Shown here: piece by piece, positions 46,982 through 54,763 of the stretch
Position numbering within the stretch: position 1 is the first letter of the stretch
Layout of the letters: each line of letters starts with the position of its first letter
NCBI GenBank assembly: GCA_018969455.1
Contig: JAGWYI010000001.1
Coordinates: 1 to 54,763 of the forward strand
DNA length: 54,763 nucleotides
Reading direction: 5' to 3'
Source: Bacteroidota bacterium
Lineage (GTDB): Bacteria > Bacteroidota > Bacteroidia > Chitinophagales > Saprospiraceae
Notes under the pieces: generated by a model
Databases searched by the model: none
Told to the model about the DNA's origin: nothing
What the model saw: the letters and a program-made list of their open reading frames with translations, nothing else
Made by a program: the position numbers and the translations under genes

Positions 46982-46997
46982 ACAATAGCAGCCAACA
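46982..46997. repeat. Right arm of a perfect 16-bp inverted repeat (acaatagcagccaaca)
   Basis: Exact reverse complement of 45975-45990. It starts 7 nt after the GIY-YIG stop. Confidence 0.95.
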
Positions 46998-47115
46998 AAA
47001 GTATTTGCAAAAGCATTGGCAAAAGCGTGGGAGAAGTACCTATTTAAGCATTTGATCTCTAATAAACTGAAGTGCTAATTTAAACTTTTGTGCTTTCTAT
47101 TTCCTCCAGGCGCTC

Positions 47116-47163
47116 GCGCTGGGCTATAGCCCAGTGCGCAACCATCCTGCGGGCTATGCCCGC
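47116..47163. repeat. Two adjacent GC-rich hairpins sharing a GGGCTAT(A)GCCC core (REP-like)
   Basis: gcgctgggc-tata-gcccagtgc (47116-47137) forms a 9-bp stem with one G-U pair. gcgggc-tat-gcccgc (47149-47163) forms a 6-bp stem. Confidence 0.4.
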
Positions 47164-47180
47164 CAGAGGCCCAAGCAGCA

Positions 47181-47220
47181 CCCAAAAGGGCCAATTTGCT
47201 GTTAATCACCAAATTGGCCC
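47181..47220 (-). terminator. Rho-independent terminator of the DUF2911 gene
   Basis: On the minus strand: GGGCCAATTT - 13-nt loop - AAATTGGCCC, followed by TTTTGGG. It begins 26 nt after the stop at 47246. Confidence 0.7.
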
Positions 47221-47245
47221 GCTCATACTTTTAAATCCCAATCGC

Positions 47246-48118
47246 CTACATCTTCCCTTTCTTCCAATTCATCACCGCCGAATTGATATCTTTTTCCAGT
47301 TCCTTAAAATAATCGCCTTCGTCTTTGCTGGTTTTGCTTGCGGCCGTCACTTTGTCCACGGTTGCCAGGGCCGATTTGAAATCGCTGTTTTTGGCCTGAA
47401 TTTGCGCCTGCATCCACAAGTTCCACACTTGCGGCTTGAGTTCCACGCTCTTGTTGATGTGTTCGAGTGCCATTTTAGGGTCGCCATTGTTTTTGAGTAA
47501 AAACTCGGCTGCATCGGCGTGAATCCACCATTGGTCATCGGCTTTGCCCTCTTTTACGCCCTTATCAATGTTAGCCATAGCCATTTTCATGGTTTCCATG
47601 GTAAAGGGGATGCTCACGCGCTTGCGTTCCCATTCAAACACGATGGCGCCCTGGTCGATGCCACGGTCTTCAATGCGGTAGGTAAGATGCTCAACCGGTT
47701 TGGCCAAGGCCTCAACGGCAACATCAAGGCGTGCAATGTCCTTTTCTTCCTTATATTGATAAGCGCCCCACTGTTCAAAGTCTGAATTAAAAATGGCAGT
47801 CCAGGTATCGCCTTCTTTCGGGATGAGAAAAAAGCCGTATTTGCCTTTTGAAAGATTGTTTTTGCCAATCATAACCGGCGTGCCAAAGGTAACATCGGTG
47901 CACTTGTTGGCGCCTGCGCGCCAAACTTTGCCATAAGGGACCAAGGCGCCGTAAACAGGGCGCTTGCGTACAGCGGGACTGGAATAATTCACAGTAACAT
48001 CGGTGAGACCAACGCGGTAACTAACCGAGGCTTTAGGGCTGGATTGGGGGAGTTCGAGTTGGGCAAAGGCTACAGTATGCGCCAAAAGCAGGCATACAAC
48101 AAAAAGGAATTGTTTCAT
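47246..48118 (-). CDS. DUF2911 family secreted protein with a C-terminal TPR-like helical region
   Basis: Signal peptide MKQFLFVVCLLLAHTVAFAQ, then SPKASVSYRVGLTDVTVNYSSP...VWRAGAN..T...F..PV.IG...L..G.Y, typical of DUF2911. Confidence 0.7.
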   Translation of the reverse strand: MKQFLFVVCLLLAHTVAFAQLELPQSSPKASVSYRVGLTDVTVNYSSPAVRKRPVYGALVPYGKVWRAGANKCTDVTFGTPVMIGKNNLSKGKYGFFLIPKEGDTWTAIFNSDFEQWGAYQYKEEKDIARLDVAVEALAKPVEHLTYRIEDRGIDQGAIVFEWERKRVSIPFTMETMKMAMANIDKGVKEGKADDQWWIHADAAEFLLKNNGDPKMALEHINKSVELKPQVWNLWMQAQIQAKNSDFKSALATVDKVTAASKTSKDEGDYFKELEKDINSAVMNWKKGKM

Positions 48119-48294
48119 GTAAAATAAATGAGAGTTTGAAGAATGAAAACAACAGAAACTTGGGGTTTTGTTAAAATTTCACAACAAAAAAAGCGGAACA
48201 ACGCCAAATTGTTTGCATTTTTCGCCCACTTTTTACCCATTTAAGTCGCAGTTTCGTCCAAATTAACGGCCGCAACACCATTCCCACCGCTTTT

Positions 48295-49521
48295 GTGAAA
48301 AAACTTGTTCGAAATCTGACCTTTTGGGTCCTGCTGGCCATTGCTGCCGGCATCCTGCTTGGGGGCCTCAACCCGGCCGAAGCGGTCAAAATGGACGTTT
48401 TGGGCAAGACTTTCATCCTGCTTGTCAAGTGGTTTATTTTTCCCATCATCTTCCTGACCCTTACGCTGGGCATCAGCAACATGCGCGATTTGCGCAAGGT
48501 TGGGGAGACGGGCGGCAAGGCATTGCTGTATTTTGAGGTGGTGACCACCCTGGCGCTGCTCATCGGCATTGTAGTGGCGCATTACATCCAGCCCGGCGCC
48601 GGCGTAGACACCTCGCACGCGCAGGCGGGTGCAGTGCAGACCTACATGCAGCGCGCGGGAAATTTCAGTTGGTGGGCTTTTTTTGCCGAGCATACCACCC
48701 TCCAGGTACTGTTTTTCTCTCTTTTGTCGGGAATTTTGCTCAACCAGGCGCCCTGGAAGCGAATGGTGCTGGTGCACCTGGAACGCGCGGCCTACTGGGT
48801 GTTCAAAGCCCTGCATGTGCTGATGTACCTTTCGCCGCTGGGCGCATTCGGCGGCATGGCGTATACGGTCGGGAAATTCGGATTAGGCAGCCTGCTGGCT
48901 TTGGCCAAACTGATGCTTTCGGTGTACACCACCATGTTGTTGTTTGTTTTCATTATACTGGGTTTAATTTTATGGATGTATAAAATCAATATTTTTAAAT
49001 TTATCCAATATATTAAAGACGAATTGCTGGTGGTTTTGGGCACTTCTTCCTCGGAAGCAGCCCTGCCTTCGCTGATGGAAAAATTAGAGCGCATGGGTTG
49101 CGACCGTTCGGTAGTAGGCCTGGTGGTACCTGCGGGCTATTCTTTCAACCTCGATGGCACCACATTGTATTTGTCGATGGCGGTTATTTTTTTGGCGCAG
49201 GCCTACCAGGTTCAGCTCAATTTTGATCAAATATTGGCCATCATCGGCGTTTTAATGATCACCTCGAAAGGCGCTGCGGGCGTTACCGGCAGCGGTTTTG
49301 TGGTGCTGGCCTCCACCCTGCAAACGGTTCACGTGATCCCTGTTGAAGGGCTGGCGCTGTTGCTGGGTGTAGATCGCTTCATGTCGGAGGCCCGGGCCCT
49401 CACCAACCTCATTGGCAACGGCGTGGCAACGGTTTGGCTTTCCAACAATGAAAAGGTGTTCGACCGGGACAAAATGGAAGCCGCTTTTAACATTGAAGCA
49501 GAAGAAAACTTTTATCTTTAG
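48295..49521 (+). CDS. dctA: Dicarboxylate/amino acid:cation symporter (DctA-like C4-dicarboxylate transporter)
   Basis: Motifs VLGTSSSEAALP, VPAGYSFNLDGT and ITSKGAAGVTGSGFVVLA. GTG start at 48295. Confidence 0.85.
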   Translation: MKKLVRNLTFWVLLAIAAGILLGGLNPAEAVKMDVLGKTFILLVKWFIFPIIFLTLTLGISNMRDLRKVGETGGKALLYFEVVTTLALLIGIVVAHYIQPGAGVDTSHAQAGAVQTYMQRAGNFSWWAFFAEHTTLQVLFFSLLSGILLNQAPWKRMVLVHLERAAYWVFKALHVLMYLSPLGAFGGMAYTVGKFGLGSLLALAKLMLSVYTTMLLFVFIILGLILWMYKINIFKFIQYIKDELLVVLGTSSSEAALPSLMEKLERMGCDRSVVGLVVPAGYSFNLDGTTLYLSMAVIFLAQAYQVQLNFDQILAIIGVLMITSKGAAGVTGSGFVVLASTLQTVHVIPVEGLALLLGVDRFMSEARALTNLIGNGVATVWLSNNEKVFDRDKMEAAFNIEAEENFYL

Positions 49522-49549
49522 GGCAGACGCTTCAAACGCCCTACCTTTG
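49517..49549 (+). promoter_or_regulatory. Candidate promoter (TTTA-N21-TACCTTTG) for uvrD
   Basis: Exact -7 box at 49542-49549, 24 nt upstream of the uvrD ATG. The -33 near-match overlaps the dctA stop region. Confidence 0.35.
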
Positions 49550-49572
49550 CCTGCTGTTCCAACATATTTCCG

Positions 49573-51849
49573 ATGCCTGCTTACCTCGATGAACTCAATG
49601 ATGTGCAACGCGCTGCGGTGACCACCACCGAAGGCCCTGTCATGGTGATTGCCGGACCTGGCTCGGGCAAAACGCGTGTTTTGACCTTCCGGATTGCCTA
49701 TTTGTTGCAAAATGGTGTGCCTCCCTGGCAGATTCTGGCGCTTACCTTCACCAACAAATCGGCGAAAGAAATGAAGGAACGCATCGAAAAAGTGGTGGGG
49801 CCCAAGGCCCAACAGGTATGGGCAGGCACTTTTCACGCCATTTTTGCCCGGATCTTGCGTGCCGAAGCAACCAAAATCGGCTACCCGGCCAGTTTTACCA
49901 TTTACGATACCGACGATACCACCAGCGTGCTGCGCTCCATCATCAAGGAAATGCAGCTCGATACCAATGTGTATAATGCTGCCGGGATACGCTCCCGAAT
50001 TTCCCTGGCTAAAAGCAACCTCATTACCCCCAAATTGTATCGGGAAAAAGCAGATATGATGGAGGAAGACCGGGTGGCCAAACGCCCGTATCTGGTAGAT
50101 ATTTACGAAAAATACATGGCCCGCTGCCAACGCGCCGGCGCCATGGATTTTGATGACCTCCTGTTTCAGTTGTACCGCCTTTTTCGCGATAATCCGGAAA
50201 ATGTGGTGGAAAAATACCGGGAAAAGTTCCGATACATCCACGTGGATGAGTTTCAGGACACCAATTTTCTGCAATACGCCATCCTGCGGCGCCTGGTGAA
50301 ATACGACAACAGCCCGGAAAACCTGTTCATTGTAGGCGATGACGCGCAAAGCATTTATGCCTTCCGCGGGGCAACTATCGACAACATCCTGGATTTTGAA
50401 AAGGATTATCCCGCGCTGAAGACCTACAAACTGGAACAAAACTACCGTTCCACCCACCACATTGTGGCAGCAGCCAATCAGGTAATCAGCTACAACCGCA
50501 GGCAATTGCCCAAAACCATCTGGACCGACCGCACCGAACGCAGCAAAATCAAACTGATTAAAACCGTTACCGATGACGAGGAAGGCCGCCGCGTGGCCGA
50601 TCTGATTCTGGAACAACGCAACCGCTACCACCTGCCCAATTCGGAAATCGCCATCCTGTACCGCACCAACGCGCAAAGCCGTAAATTCGAGGAACACCTC
50701 CGGCGAATCAACATTCCCTACCGGATTTACGGTGGGCTGTCTTTTTACCAACGCAAGGAAGTGAAAGATTTTGTGGCTTATTTGCGCCTTGCCGTCAACC
50801 CCCTCGACGAGGAGGCGCTGCGCCGCGCCATCAACAACCCTACGCGAGGCATCAGCGATGCAACCGTAGATAAATTGAGTCAGGTGGCTTCTACCTTCGG
50901 AGTTGCCATGTGGGATGCCATGCTCCTCCCGCAACTCGACATCACCGAGCGCGCGCGCAAGGCCATGGGGACCTTCCGAAATATGGTGTCAGACTGGCAA
51001 AAACGCGCCCACGGAGACAATGCATACAAACTCGCTTCCGATATCCTGCGCAAATCAGGTCTTTTGGATGCCCTCAAAGGCGATACCTCCCCGGAAGGCA
51101 TCGGCAGACTCGAAAACGTGAACGCAGTGCTGGATGCCATCAGCGAATTCAGCGACAATCAGCCCACCGACGGCAGCGCCGATGCTTCCTTGTCTACCTA
51201 CCTGCAAACCATTTCCCTGCTCACCGATGCCGATGATGACTCAGGCGAACGCGATTTCGTTACGCTCATGAGCACACACGCAGCAAAGGGCTTGGAGTTT
51301 AAAAGTGTTTTTGTGACAGGCATGGAAGAAAATTTATTTCCTTCTTTTATGTCTATGGATGACCCGAATGGCCTCGATGAGGAAAGGCGCCTGTTTTATG
51401 TAGCCATTACCCGTGCAAAAGAGTACCTGACCATCACTTATGCCCAAAACCGATACCGCTATGGGCAAATTCGCACCAGCGAACCCTCGCGTTTTTTAGA
51501 AGAAATCGGTGTGGAACACTTCGATGTGCTGGGTGGGATCGGCTCCGGCCGCGGCCACAACCCGCCCGAAAACGAAGGGCCTGCGCGCGCCAGCGTACGC
51601 GGGAATTTTGCCACCCCGCGCAAACCTCAAACCGCTTCCAGCCCGGTGGCTCCCCCCGCCGGATTTGTCAACGCTGCGCCGGAAGCCATCGTGACGGGCG
51701 CAAGGGTGCTGCACCTGAAATTCGGAACAGGGAAGGTTACCCATGTAGATGGCGCCAAAGACAACCGCGTGGCCACCATTGTTTTTGAAAACGACGAACT
51801 CCCCGAGCGCCGCATCATGCTGAAATTCGCCCGCTTGATGGTGCTGTAA
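49573..51849 (+). CDS. uvrD: ATP-dependent DNA helicase, UvrD/PcrA/Rep family
   Basis: 758 aa. LNDVQRAAV, Walker A AGPGSGKTRVLT, the Walker B region (IHVDEFQDTN), and YRS and VTLMSTHAAKGLEF motifs. The C-terminal tail resembles Bacteroidota UvrD/PcrA proteins. Confidence 0.9.
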   Translation: MPAYLDELNDVQRAAVTTTEGPVMVIAGPGSGKTRVLTFRIAYLLQNGVPPWQILALTFTNKSAKEMKERIEKVVGPKAQQVWAGTFHAIFARILRAEATKIGYPASFTIYDTDDTTSVLRSIIKEMQLDTNVYNAAGIRSRISLAKSNLITPKLYREKADMMEEDRVAKRPYLVDIYEKYMARCQRAGAMDFDDLLFQLYRLFRDNPENVVEKYREKFRYIHVDEFQDTNFLQYAILRRLVKYDNSPENLFIVGDDAQSIYAFRGATIDNILDFEKDYPALKTYKLEQNYRSTHHIVAAANQVISYNRRQLPKTIWTDRTERSKIKLIKTVTDDEEGRRVADLILEQRNRYHLPNSEIAILYRTNAQSRKFEEHLRRINIPYRIYGGLSFYQRKEVKDFVAYLRLAVNPLDEEALRRAINNPTRGISDATVDKLSQVASTFGVAMWDAMLLPQLDITERARKAMGTFRNMVSDWQKRAHGDNAYKLASDILRKSGLLDALKGDTSPEGIGRLENVNAVLDAISEFSDNQPTDGSADASLSTYLQTISLLTDADDDSGERDFVTLMSTHAAKGLEFKSVFVTGMEENLFPSFMSMDDPNGLDEERRLFYVAITRAKEYLTITYAQNRYRYGQIRTSEPSRFLEEIGVEHFDVLGGIGSGRGHNPPENEGPARASVRGNFATPRKPQTASSPVAPPAGFVNAAPEAIVTGARVLHLKFGTGKVTHVDGAKDNRVATIVFENDELPERRIMLKFARLMVL

Positions 51850-51850
51850 A

Positions 51851-54487
51851 CTATTGATTTACAGGCATGGGATCTGGTCCGGTCGGCGTCTCGGAATTGA
51901 CAACCGGCATGCGCAGTGGAATTCGGAATTCATTTTCCAGTGCATCAGCAATGGCTTTTTTCCGATTTTCGCTTTGCTCAAATTCCGCTTTTACCGCTTT
52001 CTTACCCCTTTTCATGTCGTATTTGTCCAAATTGCCTATGATGGTATAGTACAAATTGAACATGCCCTTGTCGGCCGGTAGAGGATCGAGGTCCTGATCG
52101 TGTTTTTTCAATCGGTTCAACACCACTTGCCCGGCATTAATTTTCAATTTGTAATCGATGTCGTTGTTGAAACTTTGACGACCGGAAATGGTCAGATTTA
52201 AGGCATTGCTCTGAATAAACATCGTCGGCAAATACAACTGCTGTTTGCTGATTTCGATGCAGTTTTGCATGTCGGTAAATTTTACATGCTTCAAATCTTC
52301 CAGGTGTACAAAGGTGCTGAAATCTTCCAGCATCTTCAAATCCACCACTTCGCCGTTTTTGCCTTGCACATTAGCCAAAACCCGAAGTCGATCGTAATCA
52401 AAATCACCCGTGCTTGTCCAATAGGTCCACAACGCCACCTTTCCCGACAATCTTCCACGCAAATTTTGATCGGTAATGACCGTTTGTCCGAAATTTTCGC
52501 ATTGCGCCATCAAACTTTGAAGATCGAGGTTATTGGCTGTTATGCGCATGTTGAGCCAGGGCTGCAGTTCGAAGTGTGCAACACCCTCCATGCCTATGGC
52601 GCCTTGCATGGCTTCGCTGCTGCCCCGAATGAGCAGTTCGTTGTGATCGAATGCAAATTGTCCGACAAAGTTGTGGCCATCAATTTTGGCATATTGATAA
52701 TGGTGTATGTGCACGTCGAAAATTCCTTTGAACTTATCGGTGCGCAATTTGCGCTCGGCGTTGTGTTGAATTTTGAGCGAATCGAGCACCTGCTCCCCAA
52801 CCTGGCTTTCTGTTTGTTGCACAGAAAACATGTTGAGCAATTGATTCACATCCAAATTCTGACATTCCATTCGGGCCGAAAATTCCAGTAAGGCATCCTG
52901 GGTATTTAAAGAGTCGGCAAAAAGCACCGGCAGCACATTTTGGGCGCTTCCATTCAGGAAGAAGTCGCTTCTTCCTGCCAGCAGCAGCAGGCTGTCGGCA
53001 CTGAAATGGTTGTTATTCGCCCGAAACACCCCTTTTTTCATCATCACCAGCACTTTGTTGTAGGTAATGGATGCCTGATCGAAGCGCACGGCGCCATTTG
53101 CTTCCACCAGATGAATGGTGTTGCTTCGCACCATGTCGGCGTATCGCCCTTTAACGTGCAAATTTTCCAGGTAAATTTCGCCATCGCCAGCTGTAATTGC
53201 TTCCGCATCGAAGAGGCCGTAAGTAGCATCCAGGGGTAGCACGCCATTGCAGGAAAAATCGACTTTCGGATCGTTAAAATCAGAAACAGAAAGGTTCAAA
53301 CCGAAGGGCTTTCCGCCAAAATTGCCCTGAAAATCGGCAATTTGAAATTCGCCGGAGCCATCGGGATGCGCACTGTAAACGGCGCGAAAAGAAACACTTC
53401 GCAGGGGACTTTGCAGTTTATCCGATTGAACTTTGCCATCACGCAGGCTAACTTCAAAGCGCACATCGGGCGTTTCGGTTTTGCTCAGCCGTCCTTTGAT
53501 CGCGCCCGAGCACGCGTATGCGCCCGAGCTTTCAAAATCGCGAAAATATTGGTGATAAGCCCCGGGTAAAAGATTGGCAATCATAGAGATATCGCCTTCC
53601 TGGCTCGACAGTTTGAGGTTCAAATCGGTATAATCGGGCTGGCGAACGGCAAGCCCGTCCATAGTGAATGTGTTGCCGCCGAGGGTGAGTTCCACCCTTT
53701 GCAGGTCATAAATGCCTTTTTTCAAATCCACGGCAACCACAGCATCGTATTTTAGGTCTTCGCCCGCGAGGTAACGGCTGCTGTCGGAATCCACCCGGTT
53801 GATTTTCATTTGCGCCTGGGAAGAAAGGTCAAATTTTTGCTCAGAAAAATTACCACCGATGCTGGCCTGTTTCACATCCACATCGATGGTTTGTTTCGTG
53901 AATTTATTGTCATAGATGAGGCGCATGTTGCGCATCTCAGCGTTTTCAAGTGCCAATTGAAGCGACTGATCCTGGGTTGAAGGCGCGGGAGCGGTCTTTT
54001 TCGATTGTTTGACAATTTCTGCATTCGATGTTCCCTGGGCATTTACAGCCAGGCGCAGCATACCGTCGCGGATTTGTATGGTATGTACCTTGATCTGACT
54101 GCCAAACAGACTCAACAGATCAAAGCGGAAAGAAAGTGCTTCGGCTTTAAGCAAATCACCGCCTAGTGCATCTTTCAATTTCACGCCATAACAATCGACC
54201 GAGGCGCTGGGAAAACCCGATAGCAATGAAAGGCGGGTATCGTCGATTTTAAGTTCTGTTTTCAGGTTTTTATTGACCTCAGAAATCAGTTGATTTGATA
54301 TTTGGCGGTCAAAAAAGGCGGCCAAAACCACCAGCGAAAAAACAGGCAGCAAAATCATTACAGCCAACCCGATGAGGATTTGGCGTAGGCGTCGCCAGGG
54401 TTTGCGCGGGCGAAAAGGGGGCGGTGTTGGTACGCCTGGGGGCGGCGCAGAAAAATCGGGGTTGCGGGGGGAATCGGTAGGGAGCAT
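51851..54487 (-). CDS. AsmA family outer-membrane biogenesis protein
   Basis: 878 aa. A Pro-rich cytoplasmic N-terminus and one TM helix (ILIGLAVMILLPVFSLVVLAAFF) precede a long beta-rich periplasmic region with an AsmA-like N-terminal pattern (LSLLSGFPSASVDCYGVKL). Confidence 0.7.
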   Translation of the reverse strand: MLPTDSPRNPDFSAPPPGVPTPPPFRPRKPWRRLRQILIGLAVMILLPVFSLVVLAAFFDRQISNQLISEVNKNLKTELKIDDTRLSLLSGFPSASVDCYGVKLKDALGGDLLKAEALSFRFDLLSLFGSQIKVHTIQIRDGMLRLAVNAQGTSNAEIVKQSKKTAPAPSTQDQSLQLALENAEMRNMRLIYDNKFTKQTIDVDVKQASIGGNFSEQKFDLSSQAQMKINRVDSDSSRYLAGEDLKYDAVVAVDLKKGIYDLQRVELTLGGNTFTMDGLAVRQPDYTDLNLKLSSQEGDISMIANLLPGAYHQYFRDFESSGAYACSGAIKGRLSKTETPDVRFEVSLRDGKVQSDKLQSPLRSVSFRAVYSAHPDGSGEFQIADFQGNFGGKPFGLNLSVSDFNDPKVDFSCNGVLPLDATYGLFDAEAITAGDGEIYLENLHVKGRYADMVRSNTIHLVEANGAVRFDQASITYNKVLVMMKKGVFRANNNHFSADSLLLLAGRSDFFLNGSAQNVLPVLFADSLNTQDALLEFSARMECQNLDVNQLLNMFSVQQTESQVGEQVLDSLKIQHNAERKLRTDKFKGIFDVHIHHYQYAKIDGHNFVGQFAFDHNELLIRGSSEAMQGAIGMEGVAHFELQPWLNMRITANNLDLQSLMAQCENFGQTVITDQNLRGRLSGKVALWTYWTSTGDFDYDRLRVLANVQGKNGEVVDLKMLEDFSTFVHLEDLKHVKFTDMQNCIEISKQQLYLPTMFIQSNALNLTISGRQSFNNDIDYKLKINAGQVVLNRLKKHDQDLDPLPADKGMFNLYYTIIGNLDKYDMKRGKKAVKAEFEQSENRKKAIADALENEFRIPLRMPVVNSETPTGPDPMPVNQ

Positions 54488-54607
54488 GGTGCAGGAGAAT
54501 GGAACAATTTACCGGTAAAATTAGGGAGAAAAAATCGTGTTTTACATCATGAAAAATACCTGGGCACACATTTTTGGTTTTCTTTGCTCTTAAAATATCC
54601 TTTAGAC

Positions 54608-54763
54608 ATGAACAAACTGCCCCCTTACGTACTTTGGCTGCTCGCCGGGATGCTGATTTTTGGAGTTGCTTATTTTTTTTCCGACATTGTTATTGAAATC
54701 CTGCTTGCCTGGGTATTTTCCATGTTGGGCCGGCCACTTATGATTTTTTACATGCGTCGGCTC
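54608..54763 (+). CDS. 5' end of a membrane protein gene (possibly an AI-2E/PerM family transporter), truncated by the window edge
   Basis: ATG 54608 opens MNKLPPYVLWLLAGMLIFGVAYFFSDIVIEILLAWVFSMLGRPLMIFYMRRL, which contains two TM helices. The family guess is from N-terminal resemblance only. Confidence 0.35.
   Translation, partial: MNKLPPYVLWLLAGMLIFGVAYFFSDIVIEILLAWVFSMLGRPLMIFYMRRL

Larger units (their letters stand above)
45885..47100. mobile_element. AT-rich ~1.2-kb insert carrying a single GIY-YIG gene (putative horizontally acquired cassette)
   Basis: GC is 32-40% on 60-nt lines counted inside the ORF, against 53% on a uvrB line. It sits between the 3' ends of the convergent uvrB and DUF2911 genes. 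The boundaries are approximate, judged by eye. No recombinase is present. Confidence 0.4.

Noticed and set aside
49252-50934. A 560-aa ORF on the minus strand, antisense to the dctA 3' end and uvrD
   Set aside because: It spans an intergenic region and two well-supported plus-strand genes. It has repetitive G/A/V/F composition and no recognisable domain. It is the typical stop-codon-poor antisense frame.
1-54763. A search for tRNA, rRNA or tmRNA genes and for transposase, integrase or phage genes
   Set aside because: No intergenic segment shows a T-loop-type GGTTCGAATCC motif or a cloverleaf-sized structure. No ORF shows DDE, tyrosine- or serine-recombinase motifs or phage structural motifs. 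I therefore call none, but this by-eye scan is not exhaustive.

Overview
This is a 54.8-kb chromosomal segment, most likely from a Bacteroidota genome. The evidence is two cargo proteins with gliding-motility type-B T9SS C-terminal domains, SprB-type repeats, ten TAnnTTTG -7 promoter boxes at sensible distances from start codons, and no Shine-Dalgarno signals. GC is roughly 50% by eye. Much of the window is housekeeping: pyk, acpP-fabF-rnc, rimP-nusA-infB, rfbA, lptB, dctA, uvrB, uvrD, an AsmA-family protein and a PafA-like phosphatase. I found no rRNA, tRNA, CRISPR array, transposase, integrase or recognisable defence island. Three things stand out. (1) A visibly AT-rich single-gene insert between the convergent uvrB and DUF2911 genes encodes a GIY-YIG nuclease fused to an unassignable C-terminal domain. 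A perfect 16-bp inverted repeat clasps this ORF to within 3 and 7 nt. (2) A translationally coupled three-gene operon encodes an FeS-cluster (6-4)-type photolyase, a divergent cryptochrome/photolyase member and a TIGR03643/DUF2805 protein. It converges on an ECF sigma / two small membrane proteins / Hsp20 module. (3) A wider 'photoprotection neighbourhood' adds three carotenoid-tailoring genes (crtA-like, crtD-like, cruF-like), uvrB and uvrD. I cannot show that any of these is a genuinely new system. The GIY-YIG cassette and the photolyase-DUF2805 operon are my best candidates. All calls rest on motif recognition by eye and no database search was possible.
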